Source of the DNA: Candidatus Bathyarchaeota archaeon
GTDB taxonomy: Archaea; Thermoproteota; Bathyarchaeia; Bathyarchaeales; Bathycorpusculaceae
Assembly (NCBI GenBank): GCA_963815095.1
Contig: CAWFFH010000003.1
Coordinates: 1,216,001 to 1,280,000 of the forward strand
DNA: 64,000 nucleotides
Reading direction: 5' to 3'
The notes under the pieces are model-generated. The model saw only the letters and a list, made by a program, of their open reading frames with translations. It was not told the DNA's origin and made no database searches. A program made the position numbers and the translations under genes. Below, one piece after another: positions 46,487 through 56,653 of this stretch. Position 1 is the first letter of the stretch. Each line of letters begins with the position of its first letter.

Positions 46487-47989
46487 GTGACTCAAACTCG
46501 TAACCACCTCAATTGGATTCGCCAAAACCGATACATCTTGTTTCCTTTGTTGGCGTTTGCCATACCTTTGCTGGTTCGAGCGATACCTGAGATTTTGATG
46601 GGTCCATACCTTACGGGATTCGATACCATGGGTTACTATGTACCAAACACTCTTGATTGGCTCAGCCACGGAGGCAACATTTGGGCTTTTTTGTCCGATG
46701 CCCCCTTAATGTATCTGATTTTAACAAGCGCAACCTTCGTTGGAGCCCCCATCATCCTCACCCTCAAAGTTCTATCCCCCATGCTTTTAGGTTTTCTAGG
46801 CCTCACAATCTATTTCTACTCCCACAAAACCCTCGCATGGTCATCTAAGAAGAGTTTACTTGTGGTTTTGTTTGCAACCCTGTATTTTGTAGCCCTAAGA
46901 ATATCATGGGATATGCTTCGCAGCGAACTTGGACTAATATTTTTGTTTGCAGCGCTCATTTATCTCAAAAGCGGAAAGTCTCTATCCAACAACACTTTGC
47001 TATTGGTGTTCTTGGCACTGATCGTTCTTTCCAATCAACTTTTAGCAGTTATCATGCTTGGAATAGCTTTTGCCTCCATCGTCCGCTTTTACCTTGACAA
47101 GAAAAAATTTGAATTCAAAAGACTCATTATTTGTACCGCAATCGTAGGTTCCTTGTTTCTCCTATTGGTTTTTGCTATGAGTTCGATTTTACATTTTTCT
47201 GTAATAGGCGGCATTCCAAGTCAATCTTCAGGCTCGGACATGGCACTACTGGGATTTACTTCCTACGGTGACTTTGTTTTTGACACGGCTGGGTTTCTTG
47301 TTTTTTGTTATTTGCCCCTCTTGCCTTTGCTGATTATAGGTTTTAGATATTTCAAAAGCAACATACAACTCAAAACATGGATCGCCTTGATTTTTCTCTT
47401 ATTACTAATATCTATTATTAGCCCGAATGCTTCTTTTGCTGTCTATCCCTACCGCTGGGTCTTGCTATTAACTTATCCTTTGGCTTTTTATGCCGTCGAG
47501 GTCTTTAGTCGCGTTAGACGGAACCTATACCGAATTGGAATGGGGATTGGGGTGGGTTTAATTTTGGCAACCTTAAGCATCGGCTTTATCGCCATACCAA
47601 ATAGTCAAGCTTTTCCTTATATCAGCGTCTTTCCTTCATACGTGCCAACATCGATGCTGCAAAACACAGTCCAATCAAGTGACTGCGCCGACACCTCCAA
47701 CGCTTTGCTCTGGGCAAAAAACAATATTCCTAGTAGCGGTATCCTGCTTGTTCACGACGTATTTCATGGTTGGGCTAGGTTAACATTTGACAGCAATCGA
47801 TTATTTCCCTATGTATTTGATAATCCTGCTATAGTCGCTCAAACCTTCTCAGCAAATGATTCATCAACTCCCTTGTTTTTGATTTGGTGGGTAAACGGTA
47901 AAGGATGGTACGGGCAACCAACAGTCGATGCATCTTTTAAAGAGATTTACCATAGCGGAGACATCGCAATCTATCAATATAGCCCCTAA
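46487..47989 (+). CDS. Multi-pass membrane protein, probable GT-C glycosyltransferase
   Basis: RAIPE...GFDT..YY loop after TM1; many TMs; soluble C-terminal domain. Confidence 0.65.
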   Translation: MTQTRNHLNWIRQNRYILFPLLAFAIPLLVRAIPEILMGPYLTGFDTMGYYVPNTLDWLSHGGNIWAFLSDAPLMYLILTSATFVGAPIILTLKVLSPMLLGFLGLTIYFYSHKTLAWSSKKSLLVVLFATLYFVALRISWDMLRSELGLIFLFAALIYLKSGKSLSNNTLLLVFLALIVLSNQLLAVIMLGIAFASIVRFYLDKKKFEFKRLIICTAIVGSLFLLLVFAMSSILHFSVIGGIPSQSSGSDMALLGFTSYGDFVFDTAGFLVFCYLPLLPLLIIGFRYFKSNIQLKTWIALIFLLLLISIISPNASFAVYPYRWVLLLTYPLAFYAVEVFSRVRRNLYRIGMGIGVGLILATLSIGFIAIPNSQAFPYISVFPSYVPTSMLQNTVQSSDCADTSNALLWAKNNIPSSGILLVHDVFHGWARLTFDSNRLFPYVFDNPAIVAQTFSANDSSTPLFLIWWVNGKGWYGQPTVDASFKEIYHSGDIAIYQYSP

Positions 47990-48129
47990 TGCCTCAGTTT
48001 CAATTTGAGTCGAATTTTCGTTTTTGTTCCCTTAATTTGTTGTACGTTTTTATGATAAAATGCGTAATTCATAAATACATATTGAATCGATGCTATGCTA
48101 CTAGAAAAGACATAAGAGAATAGAACCAA

Positions 48130-48516
48130 ATGGTTAAACATCTCTCTAACAGTAACATGCTCCAATTTGACAAAAGACAATTGTTGAATCTGAAAACTAG
48201 AGCGATGCGTTCGGGCGCATGGTTCAGATCATTGAAGCGAATAGACCGAGTGTTGATTGATTTAACGATAAAAGTTGTTGAAAACATTCGCAGTTCAAGG
48301 CTAGCAAAAAGCATACAAGCGCTTGCAATCAAGTTGGAGTACGTTATGAAGAGCGGTTTTTCGCAAAGAGTCCAAGAGATCGGTTTTTCTTTGGCTGAGA
48401 AAATTAGTTCAGTAGGCCAAATAATTGGTAACTCCTCTGCTGCTGGCTGGGCGTTTGACTCTTCCTTTGCAGTTTTCTTAGCTGTGATGCATATAAACAA
48501 TTCAGCGGAAACTTGA
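48130..48516 (+). CDS. Hypothetical protein
   Basis: 128-aa ORF in operon orientation. Confidence 0.6.
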   Translation: MVKHLSNSNMLQFDKRQLLNLKTRAMRSGAWFRSLKRIDRVLIDLTIKVVENIRSSRLAKSIQALAIKLEYVMKSGFSQRVQEIGFSLAEKISSVGQIIGNSSAAGWAFDSSFAVFLAVMHINNSAET

Positions 48517-48653
48517 AAATAATCTTAGTGCTAAATCGGTGATAAAATAAAGTTAATGTTTGCCTTTGTTAGATTAGCCCGTCCCATAATTATGGCAAAT
48601 GTTATATTGGGTATGTCTGCTTCTACTATCAACGAATAGTAGGCTCTATCTGT

Positions 48654-48899
48654 ATGGCAAAAATTAATTTTATAGACTTCCAGATTAGAGTCAAAGGCTA
48701 TGTTAAAGAAAACTGGGGCTCCCCTTTTGTGGTGAGCTTTATTTTTCTTTTGCTTAGCGCCGCAACTTTGCTGTCTTTGGGAATATCTTATTGGGCCGAG
48801 CAAATAGCAGTCTACGCTTATTATGCTTTAGTTATCGGCATTGTGCTTCAGATTTTATGCTACATAAAATACAAAAAAATTAGCGCTGAGGCTGATTAA
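48654..48899 (+). CDS. Small membrane protein (2 TM)
   Basis: Two hydrophobic segments; stop abuts the next ATG. Confidence 0.65.
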   Translation: MAKINFIDFQIRVKGYVKENWGSPFVVSFIFLLLSAATLLSLGISYWAEQIAVYAYYALVIGIVLQILCYIKYKKISAEAD

Positions 48900-49673
48900 A
48901 TGGAGCAAATAGAATTATCCTTTGTTATCCCAGCGTACAATGAAGAAGATTTTATCGAAAATACACTTGGTTCTATTGACACAGTTATTCAAGGAAGGCA
49001 CCTGCCGTATGAAATTGTTGTCGTTGATGATGGAAGTCAGGACAAAACTTTTGATAATGCAATGCGTTACGCAAAAAGAAACGGGCATGTTAGAGTTTTA
49101 ACCTACCCCAAAAATGTGGGCAAAGGGTATGCTGTACGAACAGGTTTCATGAAGGCTAACGGTCACGTTGTGGTTTTTGCGGATGGTGACATGGAAATAG
49201 ACCTGAAAACGATTTCAAATTATCTTGATGCACTTAAGAACGGCGACATAGTAATTGCTTCTAAAAGGCACAGCGATTCTCGGGTAGAAGTACCTATATC
49301 TAGAAGAATTTTGAGTGAAACTTTCAACGGACTTGTTCGGCTCCTAACTGGGGTTCCACTCAAAGACACTCAGTCTGGTCTTAAAGCTATGAAGAAAAGT
49401 GCTTTTTTGGAGATTTTTCCCAAATTAGCTGTTAAACGTTACGCTTTCGATGTTGAGTTGCTTGCTGTGGCGCACCTTCACGGCTTAAAAGTAATTGAGA
49501 TGCCAGTGACCATTAAACTGAACGCCTCGTTTAAGGTTCATAATATGTGGCACATGTTTGTTGATTTGCTCGGAATTGCTTACCGTTTAAAGGTAGTGCA
49601 TTGGTATCAACGCCAGATTCCCACAAGAGATGGGTTGCAGAATATGGCTGCATTTGTTTTTCGTGAAGCTTAA
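48900..49673 (+). CDS. Dolichyl-phosphate hexose synthase-like GT2
   Basis: PAYNEE, VDDGS.D, GKG.AV..G, DGD, DTQSGLK, FDVELL. Confidence 0.88.
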   Translation: MEQIELSFVIPAYNEEDFIENTLGSIDTVIQGRHLPYEIVVVDDGSQDKTFDNAMRYAKRNGHVRVLTYPKNVGKGYAVRTGFMKANGHVVVFADGDMEIDLKTISNYLDALKNGDIVIASKRHSDSRVEVPISRRILSETFNGLVRLLTGVPLKDTQSGLKAMKKSAFLEIFPKLAVKRYAFDVELLAVAHLHGLKVIEMPVTIKLNASFKVHNMWHMFVDLLGIAYRLKVVHWYQRQIPTRDGLQNMAAFVFREA

Positions 49674-50629
49674 TGACTTTCAAGGGTATTGTTACAATTA
49701 TTATTCCTTGTAAAACCATTGACGAATATACAGTGGGGTGCATCAACTCCTGCAAATCTTTAGATTATAGAAACCTCGAAATAATCATTCTTCCAGACAA
49801 TCTTGATAGGACTAGAGATGGAGTTAAAACGATATCTACTGGCCCAGTCTCTCCTGGAGCAAAAAGAAACATAGGCGTCGAAAATTCAAATGGTGAGTTC
49901 TGTGCATTTATAGACAACGATGCCTATCCAAGAAGCGATTGGTTAACCAATGCCTTGAAATATTTTGAAAACCCTCAAGTGGGCGGTGTAGGAGGTCCTG
50001 GATTGACCCCAGAATCAGACGGGTTTATGCAAAAAGCTGGGGGCTACGTTTTGTCTTCATTCATGGTTGGTAGCCTCTCGACCAGATACAAAACACAAAA
50101 CTGCTTTGAATCCGACGATATCCACTCATGTAACTTTATTGCAAGAAAATCAGTAATCAAGGAAGCTGGCGGATGGAATGAAAAATATTGGCCTGGAGAA
50201 GACACATTAATGTGCCTTGCAATAAAGAAAACTGGCAAAAAACTAATCGAGTCATCAGACGTCGTCGTGTATCATCATCGTCGTTCACTTTTTGGTCCTC
50301 ACATCAAACAAGTTTCCCGATTCGGTGAACATCGAGGCTTTTTTGTTAAAAAATATCCAGAAAATTCGATAAAAGCAACCTATTTCTTACCTTCAGTTCT
50401 TATATTTTCACTTGTTATCGGAATTTTGCTTTCAATTCTCCTCCCGCAGTTTCTCTACATCCTGCTTCTAGGAATCTTGGGTTATTCGATTTTAAGCCTG
50501 ACTGCGGCAGCCCTTCAAGTAAAAAACATCAAGCTGATTTTTTCTATCTGGTTAGGCATAATCGTAACCCATTTAGTCTACGGCTCATACTTTCTGTTCG
50601 GTTTAGCAAAGCGTGACCTGAAAAGATGA
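49673..50629 (+). CDS. GT2 glycosyltransferase with C-terminal TMs
   Basis: RN.G, FIDND, GED, HHRR. Confidence 0.88.
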   Translation: MTFKGIVTIIIPCKTIDEYTVGCINSCKSLDYRNLEIIILPDNLDRTRDGVKTISTGPVSPGAKRNIGVENSNGEFCAFIDNDAYPRSDWLTNALKYFENPQVGGVGGPGLTPESDGFMQKAGGYVLSSFMVGSLSTRYKTQNCFESDDIHSCNFIARKSVIKEAGGWNEKYWPGEDTLMCLAIKKTGKKLIESSDVVVYHHRRSLFGPHIKQVSRFGEHRGFFVKKYPENSIKATYFLPSVLIFSLVIGILLSILLPQFLYILLLGILGYSILSLTAAALQVKNIKLIFSIWLGIIVTHLVYGSYFLFGLAKRDLKR

Positions 50630-52095
50630 AAATTAGTATTTCGTATCCACCGATACATTCGGAAAAAGGTGTCCCATTACTTAGTCAGAACAGGCAATTC
50701 CAGTATTTCCGGTCACCAACATACATTTTCCCAGTAGTTCCATCTTACGCCGCTACATTGCTGAAAAATGCTGGCTACGATGTAATCTGGGATGATGGAA
50801 TCGCAGAAGAAAAAACTTACAACCAATGGCTAAAAGACATCGAGCAAAAGAAGCCAGATGTAATCGCTATTGAAACCAAAACACCAGTTGTTAAGAAACA
50901 TTGGTCAATCATTAGTGACGTAAAAAATATTCTTCAACAAACAAACGTTGTCCTATTTGGTGACCACGTAACAGCGTTGCCCCATGAATCAATGGCGAGC
51001 AGCCCCGTCGATTTTGTCTTAACGGGCGGAGACTATGACTTTTTATTGCTTAACTTGGCAGATTACCTAAGTGGCAAATCAAAACTTGAGCCTGGCGTTT
51101 GGTACCGTGAAAATAAAGTAATCAAGAATACAGGGCAGTTTAAACTGAGTCACAGCTTAGATAGTCTCCCGTTTATCGACCGCGAATTGGTCCATTGGCG
51201 ACTCTACAATGAACGTAATGGTAATTTTAAGGTAACACCTGGCGCTTACACAATGGCGGGGCGCGATTGCTGGTGGCGAAAAGATGGGGGCTGCACTTTC
51301 TGCTCTTGGCCAACACTCTACCCGACTTTCCGTTCAATGAAGCCTGAAAGATTAGCTGATGAGGTTGGATTGTTAATTGAAAAGTACGCCGTTAGGTCAG
51401 TTTTTGACGACACTGGATGTTTCCCTGCTGGCGAATGGCTAAGACGTTTCGCCAACCTAATGATTGAGCGAGGATACAATAAAAAAGTCCAATTCAGCTG
51501 CAATATGCGCTTTGGCGCATTAAATAGAGAAGATTACCGATTAATGAAGAAGGCTGGTTTTCGGATGCTTCTCTTTGGTGTAGAATCTGGAAGCCAAACA
51601 ACACTTGACAGGCTTAACAAAGGAACAAAAATTGCTGATATTATGAATGAATGCAGAATCCCCCGCGAAGAAGGATTAGAACCGCACATAACAATTATGG
51701 TAGGGTACCCATGGGAAACACGCCAAGATGCCCAAAGCACCCTTGCCGCAGCGAAAACAATGATGCAGAAAGGCTGGGCAGTCACATTGCAATCCACAGT
51801 AGTCATTCCTTATCCAGGAAGTAAACTGTATGCTGAAGCAGTGAAGAACGGTTGGTTCCGTGTTGACCCCACAGATTATGAACGATTTGACATGAAAGAA
51901 CCCGTAATGACGACACCCGACATGACGCCTGAAGAAGTAATGAAACTCTGCGACGAAATCTACAAAGTATTCCTAACACCACAATACATGCTAAAGCAAC
52001 TATTCAGGATACGGTCAGCAAAGGATGTAAAATATTCAGCTAAAGGTCTTGCTAAAGTTTTAGGGCATGTAAAGGATTTTAAAAAAAACAAGTAA
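50626..52095 (+). CDS. B12-binding radical SAM protein with CX7CX2C motif
   Basis: GRDCWWRKDGGCTFCSW, FGVESG, PYPGS. Confidence 0.85.
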   Translation: MKISISYPPIHSEKGVPLLSQNRQFQYFRSPTYIFPVVPSYAATLLKNAGYDVIWDDGIAEEKTYNQWLKDIEQKKPDVIAIETKTPVVKKHWSIISDVKNILQQTNVVLFGDHVTALPHESMASSPVDFVLTGGDYDFLLLNLADYLSGKSKLEPGVWYRENKVIKNTGQFKLSHSLDSLPFIDRELVHWRLYNERNGNFKVTPGAYTMAGRDCWWRKDGGCTFCSWPTLYPTFRSMKPERLADEVGLLIEKYAVRSVFDDTGCFPAGEWLRRFANLMIERGYNKKVQFSCNMRFGALNREDYRLMKKAGFRMLLFGVESGSQTTLDRLNKGTKIADIMNECRIPREEGLEPHITIMVGYPWETRQDAQSTLAAAKTMMQKGWAVTLQSTVVIPYPGSKLYAEAVKNGWFRVDPTDYERFDMKEPVMTTPDMTPEEVMKLCDEIYKVFLTPQYMLKQLFRIRSAKDVKYSAKGLAKVLGHVKDFKKNK

Positions 52096-52111
52096 TTCTC
52101 TAGGTTTTCTC

Positions 52112-52945
52112 ATGTCCCCAATTTCCTCAAAAGAAACAAAAAGTGCTCCATTGGTTTCTGTTGTTGTAACAACAAAGAATGAAGAAAAAAACATCGAAAA
52201 CTGTCTAAAATCAATAAAAAATCAAACTTTCAAGAACATAGAAATAATTGTAGTTGACAATTTTTCAGAAGACAAAACTCGCGAACTTGCGAAAAAATAC
52301 ACCACCAAAGTCTATTTTAAAGGAAATGAGCGTTCTGAGCAAAGAAATTATGGCGCCAAAGTTGCTCAAGGCAAATATCTAATTTATTTGGATGCAGACA
52401 TGATTTTAAGCCCAACTGTAATAGCTGAATCCGTCGCAAAGTGTGAAAATAACATTATTGATGCGCTATATGTTCCGGAAAGAATAATTGGCAAGGGTTT
52501 CTGGATTAAAGTTAGAGATTTTGAAAGAAGCTTCTACACAGGTACAGTTATAGACGCCGTACGATTTATCAGAAAAGATTTATTCGAAAAAATAGCTGGG
52601 TTCGATGAAAGTCTGAAGGGACCTGAAGATTGGGACCTTGATAGGAGGATTAGAGCGATTGCCCAAGTGGGCGTAATTATCTCTGCTCTAAACCATAACG
52701 AGGGACAATTCAATATAGAGCGATATCTTGGGAAAAAAAAATATTATCTCCAATCTTTCGATAAATATGTTCGCAAATGGGGCGAAGATGACCCTGAAAT
52801 TAAAAAACAGCTTGGAATTTCTTATAGATTGGCTGGTGTTTTTATTGAAAATGGTAAATGGAAAAAACTTCTAAAACATCCAATTCAGACTTTAGGAATG
52901 TTTTACTTAAGATTCATGGTAGGACTCTCCTATTTGAGATCGTGA
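52112..52945 (+). CDS. GT2 glycosyltransferase
   Basis: VVDN.S.D, QRN.G, LDAD, GFDE, EDWD. Confidence 0.9.
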   Translation: MSPISSKETKSAPLVSVVVTTKNEEKNIENCLKSIKNQTFKNIEIIVVDNFSEDKTRELAKKYTTKVYFKGNERSEQRNYGAKVAQGKYLIYLDADMILSPTVIAESVAKCENNIIDALYVPERIIGKGFWIKVRDFERSFYTGTVIDAVRFIRKDLFEKIAGFDESLKGPEDWDLDRRIRAIAQVGVIISALNHNEGQFNIERYLGKKKYYLQSFDKYVRKWGEDDPEIKKQLGISYRLAGVFIENGKWKKLLKHPIQTLGMFYLRFMVGLSYLRS

Positions 52946-53041
52946 AAAATTTATGAACATACTCCCATGTGACAAAGAAGTTTTGATGACCAACGGAAAA
53001 TCTTTTCTGACATTCGACATCTTTATTTTAAACTTAAAAGT

Positions 53042-54223
53042 ATGCTTAAATTCACAATGGATTTAAGATTGATGGTTGACAATCGAATGCAGAAGAAAAA
53101 AATCATTTTCTTTTTCAACTCTTTTGTTACTTTAAGTGGAGGCGACATCCGTCTCATTGAAGTCGCCAAACGGATTCACACTTTCGACAAAATTGTAGTA
53201 ACCTCACCAAAAGGTAAACGTGTCTGCGAGACCAATGAATTAGCCGCTAAATACCTACTAACTGCAGGTAAAAGCGACAGGTTGTTCAAGAATGTATTTT
53301 TGGCATATTTCATTCGCACGGTACATGCATTGTTTTTAAAACTAAGATTTTCTGGTCAGCATATTTTATATTCTTCTTCTGATTTCTTGCCCGATGTTTT
53401 TCCAGCTTTTGTATTAAAAAATACAAACAGGAATTTTAAATGGGTTCAAGAAATATATCACTTAATTCCCCCTCCTACTCGCAGAGAGGGCCCTTTTGTT
53501 ACAAATTTGTTATCGTTTACAGCGCAAAGGTTTAGTCTTAACCTGATAAAACGAAACGCGGATTCTATTTTTGTTCTTAACACATTGATAAGAACTCAGC
53601 TTGTCAAATTGGGCTTTTCAGAAAACAAAATATTTGTTACAGGCGCAGGAATAAACTTTGATAAAATAGGTCAAGTACAACCAGCAGAAGAAACTATTTA
53701 TGATGCTTGTTTTTTGGGGCGTTTGCACAAATCAAAAGGAATTTTTGATTTGATTGAAATCTGGAAGCTGGTTACCCAAAAAAAGAAAAATGCAAAGTTG
53801 GCAGTAATTTATGTTGGTCCAAAAGATTTAGAATCGGCTATGATAAAGAAAATTCAGGATACTGGTCTTTATTCCAATGTTTTTATGCTACCAGTTACGG
53901 GAAATAAGGCTTTGAGTGTAGTTAAGTCTAGTCGCGTCTTCGTTTTTACCAGTCATGAAGAAGGGTGGGGAATTGCAATCGCTGAAGCTATGGCTTGCGG
54001 CCTACCTGTAGTGGCGTACGATTTACCGGTATACCGCGAAATTTTTCCACAAGGTATGATAAGGGTATCGTTAAATGACATTAAACGATTTTCTGAGGAA
54101 ACATTGAACTTGCTTGAAAATGATGAGACACGAAATATTTTAGCTAAAAAGGGAAAAGCTCAAGTAACCATATATGATTGGAGTCACGTGGCGGCCAGAG
54201 AATTATCCGTGATGGACAGGTAA
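53042..54223 (+). CDS. GT4 glycosyltransferase
   Basis: GRL...KG, EEGWGIAIAEAMACGLPVV. Confidence 0.9.
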   Translation: MLKFTMDLRLMVDNRMQKKKIIFFFNSFVTLSGGDIRLIEVAKRIHTFDKIVVTSPKGKRVCETNELAAKYLLTAGKSDRLFKNVFLAYFIRTVHALFLKLRFSGQHILYSSSDFLPDVFPAFVLKNTNRNFKWVQEIYHLIPPPTRREGPFVTNLLSFTAQRFSLNLIKRNADSIFVLNTLIRTQLVKLGFSENKIFVTGAGINFDKIGQVQPAEETIYDACFLGRLHKSKGIFDLIEIWKLVTQKKKNAKLAVIYVGPKDLESAMIKKIQDTGLYSNVFMLPVTGNKALSVVKSSRVFVFTSHEEGWGIAIAEAMACGLPVVAYDLPVYREIFPQGMIRVSLNDIKRFSEETLNLLENDETRNILAKKGKAQVTIYDWSHVAARELSVMDR

Positions 54224-54415
54224 GCGTTGCGAATACTGGAAGTATCTTGCAATTTCTAATCGAATTTTTAAAAATCATAGTTCGTAAATATTTTGTTTAG
54301 AAGTATTTTAATATCTGAATCGAAATAACTGTCTAAACTTCAACTTTACATCTTAGGGTCTTAACCTTAGGTCCTTAATCCTCTCTAAAGGATACATCTG
54401 GAATGGTAGAATAAT

Positions 54416-55423
54416 TTGAGCGCTCTTAAAAAAGAATTATATTTCATAATTTGTATACCGACCTATAATGGCGCCTCGTTTATTGGACCAACACTCCAAA
54501 GCATCCTCGCTCAGGATTTTCAGAATTACAAAATTATTATTTCAGACGACAATTCAATCGATAACACAATAGATGTAGTAAAAACCTTTAAGGATGAACG
54601 GATTAAAATTTTTGAGAATAAAGAAAACTTAGGTTACGGTAAAAACCTCGAAGTTTTAAGAAAACAAGCAAAAGGTGACATTCTTTTTCTAATGGGGCAA
54701 GATGATATCCTAAGGGAAGGCGCTCTTTCGAAAACCCACAGCGCATTTTTATCCGATGAAAATGTGGGGGTTGTAACTAGACCCTATTTTTGGTTTGATG
54801 AAGATATTTCTCACCCTGTGAGAGCAGTGAGACCCTATGATAAAAATCAGGATTCAGAAATATCAATCTTTGATGGCAAAAAAGCGATACAAAAAATTTT
54901 CGAATCTGTTGGTCAGTTATCAGGATTAGCCTACCGAATAAAATATATGGATATAGGTTTCCATGAGGACATTTTTCCAGCTCATATTTACCCTTTCGCT
55001 TCGATTTTGAAAAAATATAAAGTCGTCTTTTTGAAAGACTATACCGTAGCTGTAAGGATTGGAAGCAGCGTAACCAGACACAATTCCCGAATTTATGATA
55101 TATCTCCCGCTGAGAGCTGGATAAGAATGTTTGAAACGGTTTACAGCGGAAAGGAATATGTAAATCTAAGGAAGGATTGTATAGAGTTTATAACAAGAAC
55201 TCATTTTGATGGATTAGTTCAACTAAAAACTTCTGCCTCAATGAAAATATTACTTCGCGAAATACTCATTTTAATTAGATATCGCTGGCTCAATATTTTT
55301 AGTATTAAGTTCTGGTTGTTTGCTTTAGGAACAATATTAGTGCCTAGGAAAATACTTAGGGTATCGGTTGATGGATTTAAAAGAAATATTCTCTCAAAAA
55401 CATTGAACGACATTATTATTTGA
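54416..55423 (+). CDS. GT2 glycosyltransferase
   Basis: IPTYN, SDD.S.D, NLG...N, GQDD. Confidence 0.85.
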   Translation: MSALKKELYFIICIPTYNGASFIGPTLQSILAQDFQNYKIIISDDNSIDNTIDVVKTFKDERIKIFENKENLGYGKNLEVLRKQAKGDILFLMGQDDILREGALSKTHSAFLSDENVGVVTRPYFWFDEDISHPVRAVRPYDKNQDSEISIFDGKKAIQKIFESVGQLSGLAYRIKYMDIGFHEDIFPAHIYPFASILKKYKVVFLKDYTVAVRIGSSVTRHNSRIYDISPAESWIRMFETVYSGKEYVNLRKDCIEFITRTHFDGLVQLKTSASMKILLREILILIRYRWLNIFSIKFWLFALGTILVPRKILRVSVDGFKRNILSKTLNDIII

Positions 55424-55448
55424 GCTATCGATAGGTAGATAAGTTATC

Positions 55449-56588
55449 ATGAAAATCGCTATTGTTTATTTTCGTTATCCGCTTTATCTGAAAGGTTCTT
55501 ACTTTCAAGAATTTTTAAATAAACTTGCCGGATCAATCGACGAGATACAACTAATTGCTGCCCATTATCCTAAAGGCGCTTTTATTAAACCGTCGAATGT
55601 TAAAATTTCTTGGGTTCCTTTATTTAAAATTCGGTTTGTTGAAGACTTTTTTTTCATGTTTGCAACTCTGTTAAAAGTTATGTTTGTAAGAACACTTCGA
55701 GATGTTGACTTAGTTAATACTGTTGGCCCGCGTGGGCTTTTAGCGGGCTGGTACCTAAAAAAGGTCCATCGGGTGCCTCTTGTTTGTACAATTGAAATGA
55801 TTAATGAAAAAGGTTCTTTGTTGAATAGTATTTACTACGAAGTTGTTAGGTTCTTAATGACTAAAGCGCCTGTTGACAAGTTTATTTGTTGGTCAAATTA
55901 TTACTGGGAAAATCACTTAAAAATGTGGGGTATCCCTCGAGAAAAGGTTGCTATTATTTCAGGGGGAATAAATACTGATGTTTTTAACCCCGCAGTTGAT
56001 GGAAGTGCAGTGAAAAAGAAATATGGCTGCGATTGTCCCCTCCTTGTATTTGCAAAGCCCCTCTATTTTCCTAACACGGAATCAGCAAAAATCTTAGTTC
56101 AAGCTATAGCGAGGCTAAAGCCAAAAATTGCCATGAAACTTTTGGTAGGTTCTGGGGAAGGGGCAAAAGAGGTAAGCAATTTGGCGAGAAGTCTTGGAGT
56201 TCAGGATTGCGTTGAATTTATGCCACCAACACCTTTTACCAAGATTCCCAAGTATATTGCAGCTGCAGACTTGGTCGTTTTGCCATTCACTTATTCAGCT
56301 ACCACTTCCAGATCTCTTCTAGAGGCGATGGCAATGGGAAAAGCGATAATTACTACAAAAGTGGGGGAGATACCAAACATCATCGAAAATGGCAAGGAGG
56401 CGCTTTTAGTGGACCCGAAGATGGAAGACATTTCAGATGCAATAGCCTTGGTGATAAGCGATCAAAACCTTGCAACTTCACTTGGTAATCACGCAACAGA
56501 TTTAGTTAGACGGAAATATTCCTTGTCAACAATTGTCGATGAGACTGTTAAATTGTTTTTATCCGTGAAATCTAAAAGAGACAATTGA
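55449..56588 (+). CDS. GT4 glycosyltransferase
   Basis: LLEAMAMGKAII.T.VG. Confidence 0.88.
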   Translation: MKIAIVYFRYPLYLKGSYFQEFLNKLAGSIDEIQLIAAHYPKGAFIKPSNVKISWVPLFKIRFVEDFFFMFATLLKVMFVRTLRDVDLVNTVGPRGLLAGWYLKKVHRVPLVCTIEMINEKGSLLNSIYYEVVRFLMTKAPVDKFICWSNYYWENHLKMWGIPREKVAIISGGINTDVFNPAVDGSAVKKKYGCDCPLLVFAKPLYFPNTESAKILVQAIARLKPKIAMKLLVGSGEGAKEVSNLARSLGVQDCVEFMPPTPFTKIPKYIAAADLVVLPFTYSATTSRSLLEAMAMGKAIITTKVGEIPNIIENGKEALLVDPKMEDISDAIALVISDQNLATSLGNHATDLVRRKYSLSTIVDETVKLFLSVKSKRDN

Positions 56589-56653
56589 TCCTATATATTC
56601 AGATCAAATTATAGGAGAAAGATATTACTGATTGTAATCGCCATATCTTCGCT

